NCBI GenBank assembly: GCA_030324005.1
Contig: JARDVH010000137.1
Coordinates: 19,284,917-19,348,916, forward strand
Direction: 5' to 3'
Length of the DNA stretch: 64,000 nt
From: Negaprion brevirostris
Taxonomy: Eukaryota
The notes beneath the pieces were generated by a model. It saw nothing but the letters and a program-made list of their open reading frames with translations. It searched no databases and was not told the origin of the DNA. This document shows positions 24,573 through 36,739 of this stretch, piece after piece (position 1 is the first letter of the stretch; every line of letters begins with the position of its first letter). Both the position numbers and the translations under genes were made by a program.

Positions 24573-24854
24573 TTTCATGTTGGGTTTTGTCTTTCAGATA
24601 CCAGTGTTGTTCTTATTTTACTGGCAATTAAAGAGGGCAAGTTTCGAAGCCACTTTAGTAATTTTATGCCTTTATGAAACAAATCTAATGTTTTTCCTAG
24701 CATCTTTAAATGTATAAATGCACCATGACATCGCTAAGTAACATTATATTCCAGTGACTAAATTCAGGTTAATGTTTTAGTTACTATCAATCCTGCTATA
24801 GATTCTACTGCAGCCACTCAATTATAAAGATGCAACTTTAAGAAGATTTTTTTC

Positions 24855-26000
24855 TTTATTCTTTCATGGGATGTGAGTGCCACTGGCAAAGCCAGCATTT
24901 CTTGTCCATCCCTATTTCCCCTTGAACTGAATGGCTTGCTAGGCCAATTCAGAAGGCAATTAGGACTCAGCTACACTGTTCTGCATCTGGAGTCACATGT
25001 AGGCCAGATCAGGTAAGGATGGCAGATTTCCTTCCCTAAAGGATATTAGTGAACCAGATGGGTTTGTACAACAATTGATTATAGCTGTCATGGTCAAAAT
25101 TAGGATCATAGAATCATAANNNNNNNNNNNNNNNNNNNNNNNNNNNNNNNNNNNNNNNNNNNNNNNNNNNNNNNNNNNNNNNNNNNNNNNNNNNNNNNNN
25201 NNNNNNNNNNNNNNNNNNNCAGATTAAACTTCATCTGCCATCCCTCCGCCCAAGTCTCCAACTTATCTATATCCTGCTGTATGCTCTGATGGTCCTCATC
25301 ACTATCCGCAAAGCCATCAGCCTTTGAGTCATCCACAAACTTACTAATGAAACCAGTTACATTTTCCTCCAAATCATATATATATATACTACAAACAGCA
25401 AAGGTCCCAGCACTGATCCCTGAGAAATGCCACTTGTCACAGCCCTCCATTCAGAAACGCACCCTTCCACTGCTACCCTCTGTCTTCTTTGACCAAGCCA
25501 GGTTTGTATCCACCTTGCCAGCTCACCTCTGATCCCATGCAACTTTACTCCTGCACCAGTCTGCCATGAGGATCTTTGTCAAAGGCCTTACTGAAGTCCA
25601 TGTAGACAATGTCCACTGCCCTTCCCTCATCAATCACCTTCACCTCTTCCTCAAAAAACTTGGTCAAATTAGTGAGATACGACCTCCCCTTCACAAAACC
25701 ATGTTGCTGTTCGCTAATACATCAATTTAGATCCAAGTGGGAATAAATCCAATAATTTCCCTACCACTGACGTAAGGCTCACTGGCCTGTAATTACTTGG
25801 ATTAATCAATTGGGGTTTTAACAACAGTAGTTTCATGGTAACCATCACTGAGTCCAGCTTTATTCCAGATTCTTTTTTAATTGACTGAAGTTAAATTCCA
25901 CCAACTACCCTGGTGGGATTTGAACCTCTTGCCCCCAGAGTGTTCGGTTGGGATCTGCGTGACTAGCCCAATGATATTATCATTGCACCACCAGCTCCCC
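24855..26000 (-). mobile_element. SINE (tRNA-like head near 25900-26000, LINE-derived tail near 24860) interrupted by the CR1 fragment
   Basis: Both halves match the uninterrupted copy at 50013-50410 (ctggagtcacatgtaggccaga..gcagatttccttccctaaagga). Confidence 0.7.
25105..25805 (-). mobile_element. CR1 LINE RT fragment nested in a SINE
   Basis: ORFs HGIRGELARWIQTWL...SGISQGSVLGPLLFVVYI and SKFVDDSK...WAEGWQMKFN. Confidence 0.88.
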
Positions 26001-26390
26001 TCAACTCAATGAGCCCTGACTGTATAGGAAATAATACACTATAATGGTGCAGTGTGGGTCAAAGTTGAACTTCCATTTCCAGCGGATTTTGTGGTTATGG
26101 TGCATCAAACTTGTGCCAATCCAATGATAGAGAGGTATACATTTATGATCTTTGACACACTGGTGGCAGTAATCATATTCATTAGCATCCAGAGTAGCTG
26201 AAAGGTATGATAGAACCCAGTATGAGGAAACAAGAGCAAATGTTACTTGTGTTATAAACACAACTTTCTGAATGATATTTTTGAAAGTGCAGTGCTCTGT
26301 TACATTTGATTAATTGTAATGCTGTGTGTATATAATATTGCATAATATTTGTACCCGATGTAGTATAGATTATAATGCAATACTTCTGTA

Positions 26391-26794
26391 CCGTATTCTC
26401 TGGTGCATACGCTAAAACTTTTTTCCCCAGAAGATTAGGCACTGTGTTTGTATGCCGTTCTGATTTATCTACTGTATAAATGGATTGTAGATGTCGATGC
26501 CTTATAAATAAATCCAAGCAAACCCCCTTGCCTCAGAGCAAAATGCCTCTAGTCAAGTCACGTTAACTATATAGCAGCAGGAAGTCAAAAAAGATGCAGA
26601 ATAAAATGGTGGGAGCATGACTGTTCACCACAAATCTGGAGTCAGTGAGAAAAATGCGCGGGACCTTGTGAAGGATGTGTTGCGTACTGGTCACGTCTTC
26701 TGCACTGTCGTATTTATGAGTGGAGTTTGGAAAAATTAGAAGTCGAATCAATTTGACCTATACACCACATCGGCTTATACACTAAAAAACATGG
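26391..26794. mobile_element. Tc1/mariner-pogo-type MITE relic
   Basis: TA flanks at 26389-26390 and 26795-26796; degenerate TIRs CCGTATTCTCTGGTGCATA / TATACACTAAAAAACATGG. Confidence 0.55.
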
Positions 26795-27548
26795 TACGTA
26801 GCTGACTATTATTAAAATATACATATTTCCACAATGTTTTTTTGACATGTAAGCAATGAGATAGATCAGTTACGATCTGACTAGATAAGCAATTAATGAT
26901 AATGTTAAGATATTAGGTTAGATCATGCACAGTCTTTTAATGCATATCTAACCACTCCATATAATCTCACATTTTTTAATTAGTACAGGTCTTAATATAT
27001 AAGCACTCTGCAAAGGACATCGTTAAGAGTAACATGTAATGTGGAATGCAGGGTTGCTAAATCCAGATTGCTTTTTACATATTCATTCACTGAATGGAAA
27101 AAAATTAGTTTCAGTCCAGTTCCTGTCATCCACCCATATGCAGAGGTAAACAATGCTGATAAGTAATTGTACACATTCTAAGCTTTCCTTGTCTGCACAC
27201 TAGGAAGGGATGTTTGCACACACTTACCTGTGTAGTCGCATATCAGAGGTCCCTCAATATCCGCCCGTAAGCAAATAACCTTTTTATGATTTTCTGTCAC
27301 ATCATTGCAATTGTTCATGCAGTCACCATGGAGTTTCTGGGCTTGCCGGATATGAACAGCCTCTGCATCCACTTGGGAAGAACGTACCAGGGAGAGATAG
27401 GATACCTTGGCAAATACAGCCCGACCAGTACCTCAGAAGAGGAGGAAGACGGAAATGTTACTCTTTTATTGGGTACTGCAAAACCAGTCAGTCTAAAAAA
27501 AAGCATCAAAATAATAATTAAAATTGTAATAACCCTTACTGTTCATAA

Positions 27549-27900
27549 ATCATCATAAAAATCATAAAATCCCTACAGTGCAGAAGGAGGCCATTCGGCC
27601 CTTTGAGTCTGCACCAATAACAATCCCACCCCAGGTCCTATCCTGACAACTCCACACATTTACACCACTAATCCATCGAACCGACACATCCCGGGACACT
27701 AAGGGGCAATTTAGTATGGCCAATGCATCTAACCCACACATCTTTAGATTGTGGGAGGAAACCAGAGCATCCAAAGGAAACCCACGCAGACACGAGGAGA
27801 ACAGGCAATCTCCACACAGACAGTGACCCAAGCCTGGAATTGAACCCAGGTCCCTGGCACTGTGGGGGAGCAATGCTAACCGCTGTGCCACCATCCTGCC
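27549..27900 (-). mobile_element. V-SINE (HE1-like), near full length
   Basis: tRNA-like head (ggcacagcggttagcattgct..gggttcaattcc), V central domain (gtgggtttcc..ggtttcctcccaca..aaagatgtg), LINE-like tail repeat. Confidence 0.85.
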
Positions 27901-28184
27901 AATTACAAAGACTAGCTTTCAATTCCAGATTAAGTAACTGGAATTAAGCTTTAAGTTGTTTAGAGTGCATGATAAATAAGCAACTTTATGACCTAAGATC
28001 TGCCACAAGTCTGGTTATTGGGGTAGATAAAATGATATCAACATGATAAATAATTTGCAATTCTATGCAGCAACCATCAAACTCACTGCTGAACTTTCTT
28101 GATGCTATCTTCAATGAAACATGCACACTGCATCCCATGAAAGAATAAACAAAACTTTTTAAAGTTGCACTTTTAGAATTTTAA

Positions 28185-28480
28185 AACTTATTTATTAGTA
28201 TCACAAGTTGTCTTACATTAACAATACAATGCAGTCACTGTGAAAATCCCCTAGTCACCACACTGCTGCACCTGTTCGGGTATACTGAGGAAGAATTCAG
28301 CATGGCCAATGCATCTAAACAGCATGTCTTTCGGACTGTGGGAGGAAACCGGAGCACCTGGGGGAAATCCATGCAGACACAGGGAGAAAGTGCAGATTGC
28401 ACACATACAGCGACACAAACTGGGAATCAAACCTGGATCCCTGGTGCTGTGAGACAGCAATGCTAACGACTGTGCCACCA
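28185..28480 (-). mobile_element. V-SINE variant with a different 3' tail
   Basis: V domain plus gtgactaggggattttcacagt tail, as in 4972-5133. Confidence 0.8.
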
Positions 28481-28559
28481 TACTCATTGAGTCATGGCTG
28501 GTAGAATCTTGAGCAGGTTTTAAAGTAACCAAACCATCAACTTACATCCATGTATGGGC

Positions 28560-31120
28560 TTCCTTATGCAAAGGGTTTGCACCAGATATAGCTAAATAGC
28601 TGAGTGAGAAGGGTTTCAAACAATGTATTAGATGCATCATGATTGGCTAATTTAATATCAATCCTGTTAATTAAATTATTTTAGCAAAATTGCTTGCAGC
28701 AAAAATCACTTCTACGTACTTTTATAATTCAGTGGATCGTTAAAATGTGCAAAAAGATTAAGGGGCTATTAAAAAAGTGAACAAATTCTTAGAGAAAAGA
28801 AAATCTTGAGGATAGATACCTCTCTTGGGGAATCAGAAAAGGGAGAATCAGGGATTATGTTCACAAGCAAGCAAGTCATTGATTGAACATAATTTGTTAC
28901 TAATTGTAGCTAATTAATGGACTATGCTATGACCTGGAATGGTAATTTGATTGTTATACCCAGAGAAAAATTGATGGAATCCAGTTCTACAGGAAGTAAA
29001 AGGTAATGAACCAGAGGAGAGATATGAACAATTTGTGTGATTTTGAATATTGATCTCAACAATGAGTAAGTTAGAGGTGATTAATGGCCCCTTCACATCT
29101 TTTCTTCTTATCGTAGGTCCATATGAGTTCATTTACGACTGTATGGATGTATGACGCTCACATGTCTGAAAGAACACATGGAATAAGTATAATTGTTGAT
29201 TTAACTGAAAAACGGAAAAAAGGACAAGCAGCACTGACATCCTGTTCAGGGGTGCCTGCACTGCAAAGGAAGTGATTGTAACTTTGAAAAAGAACTCAGG
29301 TGTTAGCACTGGCCGAATATCACAGGCACTACATTCCACATCACTAAATGTCATAAGGAGCAACAAGAAACAAAACACATAGAATTAGGAAGTGTGCAGA
29401 GTCACAGAAAAAGAGATCATAATACAATTGAATTCCATATTAAGCTTATAAGCAACATGCTCAAATCTTGAACAAAAACCTTAAATATGAGAAAAGAACT
29501 GGCTAAGATTGATCAGCGACAGAGACCTGAAAGGGTAGGTGGTAAATAGACATTCAGGGACACTTAAAGAAATAATTCAAAATGTTCAACAAAAATACGG
29601 TCCTTGCAAAAGCTACAGATGGAATATCCTTCTGTGGCTTACTGGGCAAGTTAAGGATATCATTAGGTTAAGAAAAAGAGGCTTAGAAAGTTGCAAAAAA
29701 AAGTAGAAATCTGAGGATTGGGAGTATTTTAGAAATCAGCAAAAGGTGCCCACAGGAAGGGAAAATATATAATGAGAATAATTCAGACAGGAATATAAAA
29801 ACAGATTGTAGGAGCCTTGCAAGTATATAAAGAGGAGAAAAGTTAAAATAGACATTAGAGACAGGAGAAATCACCATGGGGAATGTACAAATGCCAGAGA
29901 CAATTGAACAAATATTTTATGTTTGCCTTCACGGTAGAAGACACAAATTACATACATAAATAGAGGATAACCAAGGGGATAATAAGAGTGAAGAAATTAA
30001 GCTAATTAAAATTAGCAGAGAAACCGTATTAGATAAATTTATAGTCTATAACACAACAAAAGGGTATTCCATCTAGAAGATGCACCGCAGGAACTCACCA
30101 AGTCTTCTTAGGCAGCATCTTCCAAATCCACAACCACCACCATCTAGAAGGACATGGGCAGCAGACCCACGGGAACACCACCAGCTGCAATTTTCACTCC
30201 ATCAGTCACCATCTTGACTTGGAAATATATTGCTGTTCCTTTACTGTCACTGAGTCAAGATCCTGGAACTCCCTCCCTCACAGCACTGTGGGTGTATCTA
30301 CACCACAAGGACTGCAGCGGTTCAAGAAGGCAGTTCACCAATGCCTTCCCAGGAGCAATTAAGTATGGGCAATAAATGGTGGCATGGCCAGTGATGCCCA
30401 CATCCCTTAAATTAATAGAAAAATAATCCTCAGAATCTGATGTGCTACATCCTAGCATTCTAAACAAGATAGCTACAGAGAAAGTGGGTGAATTGATTAT
30501 GATTTTCGAAAATTCCTTCGATTCTAGATTACTTCGAGTGGATTGGATGTTTAGCAAATGTTAACCTATTATCTAAGAAAGGAGAGAGAGAGAGAAACGT
30601 GGAGAACAGCAGAACAATTAGCCAGATATCAGTCACTGGGAAACTGCTAGAATCTATATAAGGAAGCCTTAGCTATGCTAGGAAATCATAGTATAATCAG
30701 ATAAAGTCAGTATGGTTTTAGGAAGGGAAATCATGTTTGATAAAGTTATTAGAGTATTTTCAAGATGTAACTAGTGAAGTAGATAAAGGAGAACCAGTAG
30801 CTGTAATAGACTTGGATATCCAAGGGGTACCAAAAAAGATTAATGCGCAAAATAGAGTTGGGATAGATCATAAGGTGAAAAGAAATTTCTTTACTCAGAG
30901 GGTTAAGAACCTTCGAAATTTCCTACGTAACAACTTAGAGAATTGTTGATGTTTCATCATTGAGCATATTTAAGACTAAAATAGACAGATAACTGGTATC
31001 TCAGGGAATCATGTGATATGGATAGCAGGCAGAAAGTGGAGTTGAGGCAAAGGATCAGGCACGATGATATTGAATGATGGAGCATGCATGAGCAGCATGT
31101 GCTATACTCCTGTTCCTATT
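28560..31120 (+). mobile_element. Decayed CR1 LINE with a nested 3' end of another LINE (~30060-30415)
   Basis: GFRKGKSCLIKLLEYFQDVTSEVDKGEPVAVIDLD and KRNFFTQRV motifs (ORF 30737..30949 region); CR1 tail ~31040-31120. Confidence 0.75.
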
Positions 31121-31413
31121 TATCAGACCACAAGAATTTATTATAATGCTAGCTGAGTCTCCATGGCATTGCTCCTGGTAAGTCATTAGATTTTTAGTTT
31201 CTTTGTTTTATTTTTATTAACAACGTGAGCATTCTGATTACCAGCTATCAACAAAACAAATGGTAGATTTCAAAATTTAAATAATTTAACTCAAATTAAA
31301 AAGAACAATTAAATGGGAATCAAATAACATTGCATGTGATTCTCTGTCTGATAGCTGTTGGTGATTATAATGGTCCATCTTTCAACATAGAAGATCAGGT
31401 GAAATAGTTCAAA

Positions 31414-31523
31414 GGACCGGATTCTCCAGTCCCGCTGGAGTGAACAGAGACTTGGCTGAGCATTAAACTCTTTGTTCTCACTGGCAGCAGTGGCAGGGCA
31501 TGAATGGCCAGTGAATTCCAGCC
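31414..31523. mobile_element. Short Harbinger-type MITE
   Basis: Degenerate TIRs GGACCGGATTCTCC / GTGAATTCCAGCC, similar to the 47740 element. Confidence 0.5.
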
Positions 31524-33659
31524 ATAATTGCTTTTGTAAAGAGGAAGGACAGTGTCTGAGCTTTAGAACTCCAAAGTTTGAAGAACATCAAAGAAAAGCC
31601 ATTGGTATCTAATCAATAGAACTTTCTTCTTTGACTCAGACAGACAAACACACATTTAGACTTTCTGGCCAAAAAGAATGATATAGTTTCAACACAAACA
31701 AAGAGTTTTGAAGTTTATCTTCTTTAGCAAGTTTATCTTCTTTAAACAATTGTTGAATTACCTTTGAACAGAAACTAATAGAAGTTATAACAAAATATTC
31801 CATCGGTACAAGTAATACATCCTGGGGCATTAAACACACTACGTACTTAGATTGTACAATTCAAATTTAATTTACTGAGTCACAGCTCTGAAGAATAGTC
31901 CAAGTCCAGGATTAGAAATTGTAAGGTCTCAATAAACACAGGGCAATTCAATACATGGATTTAATCCTATGAATTGGAAATATGCACTTTTCAGTTTTAT
32001 TTAAACTTTATTTTGAACACTAAGAATAGGTAGTGACGATGGTACCTTCAGATCAGAAAAGATGGGAAGAGGCTCAATCAGAGCATTAACACTAGCATGG
32101 ATTGCTTGGCCTGAATGGACTGTTTCTGTGCTGTGTATTCAATCTGATCCTATAATAATTAAGGGTGGAAATGGAAATTTATAATGTGAAAATGTTGACT
32201 CAAACCATATGCCAAAATCATTACAACAGCAAGTTGAACTGTCAGGAAGTGCAAGAAATGGGATATAAATAGATAATATTCCACTCTTCTATACATATTT
32301 TATAGTTTATTCATAGCATACGAGCTAGATAGTTCTACTTGTTGTATCTTGAGATTAGCTTTCTTAAGGTCTCATAATAATTATACTTTTGTTTTGTTAG
32401 CAAATGCAATATTAAATCAGAAGACTGCATACCTGTACTTTTAATGTTGTTTTGAGTTTAGCCATATTTATATAAAAAATGTTGCTCACTACTTTGTACC
32501 TGCTTATATATTAACAAAGGCAAATCGATAAAAATAATGTTACACTTTGGTGTTTCCTGTTGTTGTATTCTGATAAGTGAGAGAGTTTGTTCCTGTGCAA
32601 AATACACATTATATAAGAACTGACCTTAACTATTTGAATTCTGTTTAAGTGGCTTTCTCAAAGTTCAATCAACTTCAATTTTTTTTGTGCTCCACTCCTC
32701 CCACATCTTTCAGTGGAAAAAGTGCACATTTTATGTCGGCCCACACAGGACACCTTCCTTTTTTTTAATTAAGCAAGACCATTGTTAATTTTAGTCATTC
32801 ATATTGCTGGATTAATGAAATTGATTCTATTTTTGCAGTGAGAATGTTTCATCCCTAAAGCATTAGTGTTTCAATGTTGTGTGGCTCACTAGGGCTCACC
32901 AGAAATTGTTTATTGGGTGTTAAATAGTTAACATTACTTCAAATACATTGAGGTATCCTATCTTTACTTTTCATGACAAACTGTACTTCAAAAATACATT
33001 TTAGAGTCTGACACAAATGTAACTGTCTAAGTACTAAATATATGGAGGGTATCTGACGGCTGTTTGTCAAAAATCATTGTTTATATCAAGCTATTACACA
33101 CAAAGGATGATTTCTGAATCTGAAAACGAATCTGTCACCTCATGATGCTAAGACAAAGTTCATGAGCTAACATAGTAACATTATAGTACTTTGTCTTGTC
33201 AAATGCTGATCAAGATCTGCTGCCTTGCATAGAAGTAAAGTATAGATTGCTCACCACACATATAATACTCCTTGGATTGAAGTTCTCCTCCATGTACTGT
33301 ACAGCACAGCTCATGAAAGTTGTGAGTTTTTTCTTTGTGTTCAAGGTGGCAAAATAAAAGCTGCTGCAGGAGAGAAATTTATCAAGGAAACATGCCTTTT
33401 GGACTTGAACCTGCTGGCTTTTGGAAGAAAACAAAGGCTTGTTAAAAGTGAGCTTGGTTGTTAATGGTGCAGCTGCAGCAGTTCCTGTTTCCTCAGTACA
33501 TGGAAGTCAGGAGTAAATATGGTCCAGTCATAATCTGCTAGATGAATAAAAGACTGAATAAATCTTTTTCAAGTTGTACAGGGTGGCTGTAACCTGATCT
33601 TGGCCATTACCATCTGGTCCACTTCAATGGCCTTGAACACTGAATGTGGTAGAAATTGG

Positions 33660-33834
33660 ATTACCAGCATAGCATTGCCCAGATCTGTCCCTGCCTCTGT
33701 TCATGTGCTGTTGAAAACCTCACCCATGCGTTTGTTACCTTGAGACCTCACTATTCCAATGCACTCCTGGCCAGTGTTCCATGTTCTACCTCCTTTAAAC
33801 TTGTAGGCATTCAAAATTCAACTGTCCATGTCCT
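33660..33834 (+). mobile_element. L2 LINE fragment (appears to resume at ~36435-36520)
   Basis: ORF 33656..33841 ENLTHAFVTLRPHYSNALLASVP..KLVGIQNS, the L2 ORF2 C-terminal motif. Confidence 0.7.
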
Positions 33835-33910
33835 GATGTAGAGATGCCGGCGTTGGACTGGGGTAAACACAGTAAGAAGTCTCACAACACCAGGTTAAAG
33901 TCCAACCAGT
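33835..33910 (-). mobile_element. Penelope-like family A terminus running into a gap
   Basis: gatgtagagatgccggcgttggactggggtaaacacagtaagaagtctcacaacacc, near-identical to the copy at ~36116. Confidence 0.7.
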
Positions 33911-34010
33911 NNNNNNNNNNNNNNNNNNNNNNNNNNNNNNNNNNNNNNNNNNNNNNNNNNNNNNNNNNNNNNNNNNNNNNNNNNNNNNNNNNNNNNNNNN
34001 NNNNNNNNNN

Positions 34011-34480
34011 CCTTTCTGTAATCCCCCCAAAGCCTCCATGTCCTTCTGGTAATGTGGTGACCAGAATTGGACATAGTATTCCACGTGTGGCCTAGCCAAC
34101 GTTTTATATAACTGTAACATAATTTGCCAACTTTTATACTTGGCACCCCAGCCGATGAAGGCAAGCATGTCATATGCTTTCTTCACCCCCATTTCCAGCT
34201 GTGCTGCCATTTTTAAAGGTCTGTGGACCTGTACTCCCAGATATCTCTATGTATCTATGCTCCTGATAGTTCTGCTTTTTATTTTGTAGCTTCCACCTGA
34301 ATTGGATCACTTCGCATTGGTCCGGATTAAATTCCACCGCCATTTCTCCACCCAATTTTCCAGCCTATCCATATCCATATCTGACAGTCATCATCACTAT
34401 CCGCAACTCCAGCAATCTTAGTATCATCTGCAAACTTGCTAACCAAATCAGCCATGTTTTCTTCCAAGTCATTTATATAC
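34011..34480 (-). mobile_element. CR1 LINE RT fragment
   Basis: VKKAYDMLAFIG..LQLYKTLARPHVEYYVQFWSPHYQKD. Confidence 0.85.
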
Positions 34481-36114
34481 ATTAAAAGTTTGGATCGTCT
34501 ATTAAAATTTATGGATAAAATTTATAAGAAAAATGATCTATTAAAAATGCAAAAAGGGCATGGTAAGACTTTGGTCATCTTAGCAAGATGGATGGTTATT
34601 TCAACAAAGCATATATCATTGAATTTAACAGACTATGTACAAAATTGCAGAATGTCAACTTGTAAATAGCTGGTTCAGTGTTTGCTTTCAAATTGTTGGA
34701 TTATGCAAAAGCACCAGGGCTTTAACTGGAGTTCGATTCTCGGAAGGAGACACTCCAATGTCTGAGACTTTAAAAAAATTCCTGGGAAACCAGTTATTTA
34801 CCATGGCCTTCAGTTCAAAATAATGAGACATTCGGCAGTGTCACAAAAGGTGAAGGAGTCAATGCCTGTGGCATTTCAAGACCGCATAGATATGGGATGC
34901 AAGACGGCACACATTAATGTAACACAGGAATCACAGACAAAAGAACTGAGGATGCAGTCATTTTATGGCAGATCTGGTAGATGACAAGTCTGGAATAATA
35001 ATAACAGAAGAATGAACTGCAGGAATGCTTGAGGAATAATTAACAGGTATCTCAGATGTGATTTGAAATATCATTATGCAGTAAATTGTCCAAAATGGAG
35101 CAACAGGGTTTTTGAAGGCAAAGCATGACACTGAAGGTTCAGAAAGGTTAAACTGACAAGATTGATCAGTCTGAGAGAATTGTATTGGTCACAAGAAGCT
35201 TCAGTTTAATAATGAGTGTAATAAGTCATTGATTTATTTAAATGTGCTGTGTTGGACAGAGTTGCACATCCACAGTTTGCGGAACGGATTGGTCGAAATG
35301 GAAGTTGGATTGATGCGGTAGTAGATAAAAGTAAGATCAAGGAATATAAAAATTCTACTTGCTTTAGGTTCAGGGATGATAACGCATATGATTTTCTTGC
35401 CATGTCGTGCCTGGCGCAGATCGCAATAATCCAGGAAAATTGTGTGCAGGCTAAAAGCCTGGTGCCATATTGGTGCCAAATACTGTACAATATTCTTTAA
35501 TGATGATTAATTTTAATGCAATTATCCTATCCGGAACTACAGTGTTTGCCTTCACCCATGCCTGCTTGGTGATCCAAAATTTTCTTAGGCATGGTCCAAT
35601 GCTACGTCCAAGTGACTCAGCAGAATGCACATCAGAGGTGGAACCAGTCTGCTGTCTTCCTTACCCCATTGCCTGTGATGCCCTTGTCCAGCGACCTCTG
35701 GAGGGCTGGGACCTGGAGGGCCCAGCCAACTTTCAGATGTCACGGATGTAGCCGTGCCACCCGGTTCAGCTCACTGTTCTTGAAATGCACCAGTGTCTGG
35801 GAGGGAGAATTTGGAAGGGCTGGAGATTGCTGGAGTCTCCTGGTGGAAGGCCTCTAGAGCTTCCTCCTCCTTTGGGACACTCGTGGGCCCCGGGAACAAT
35901 CAATGGGAATAGAAGGGCAGCTGGAGTGAGCGCCAGAAACTGCTGTGCCACCTGGGGCTGCCAATCCTGGAGGCTCAACATTTGCAGTAATGTTGATGTG
36001 ACAGCCCTCAGCTATGGCCCTCTATATCTGGACCATATTTCTGAAGTCCTTAGCTGTGGTCCTCAGGGACTTAGCCATGCCTTGGATACTGCTGACCATG
36101 GCTACAAATTCTTG

Positions 36115-36433
36115 CTGTGGAGATGCCGGCGTTGGACTGGGGTAAACACAGTAAGAAGTCTCACAACACCAGGTTAGAGTCCAACCAGTTTATTTGATAG
36201 TAATCTCACAAGCTTTCGGAAACGGTGATCCTTTGTCAGGTGTGTGGAAGGTTCTAATCAGAGAAGGGCATATAAAGTCACACACAGTTTACAGAATATT
36301 GATTAGAATGCAAGTCTTTACAGTTAACCTGAATAGCAGGACGAAAGGAACAGCATTTCTGAAAGCTTGTGGGATTACTATCAAATAAACTGGTTGGACT
36401 TTAACCTGGTATTGTGACACTTCTTACTGTGTT
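36115..36433. mobile_element. Penelope-like family A fold-back insertion
   Basis: Inverted arms ~36146-36240 and ~36338-36433 around a ~100-bp spacer; hammerhead cores mutated. Confidence 0.7.
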
Positions 36434-36739
36434 CGTGTCTAACACACCATCCCATTTACCCTTGTGCTCATTGGCCTACACTATCTCCCAGTTGAGCAAT
36501 GCCTAGATTTTAATACTCCCAATAGGGCCACACACTCTGTAAGTTATATGTGTGAAAATAAAGGTTACAAGCACAGAATTAGGCCCAAATATCTACTGGG
36601 CATTTGTTTTACATGAATTATCTAATCATACTCTCCTCATTAATGCTCCTCTGGCACATTGGCCTGCTCTGAAAGCTGCCCAGAATGCTTCCAACCTGGG
36701 TCTGGACAGCTGTTGAAATATTTATTTGCAACAGCTGAT

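Noticed and set aside
27835-27900. tRNA-like A/B boxes (also ~63520-63585)
   Set aside because: SINE heads, not cloverleaf tRNA genes
32590-32755. Possible extra exon of the cryptic gene bridging 33255 and 32499
   Set aside because: Poor acceptor and stops in all three frames; not supportable by itself
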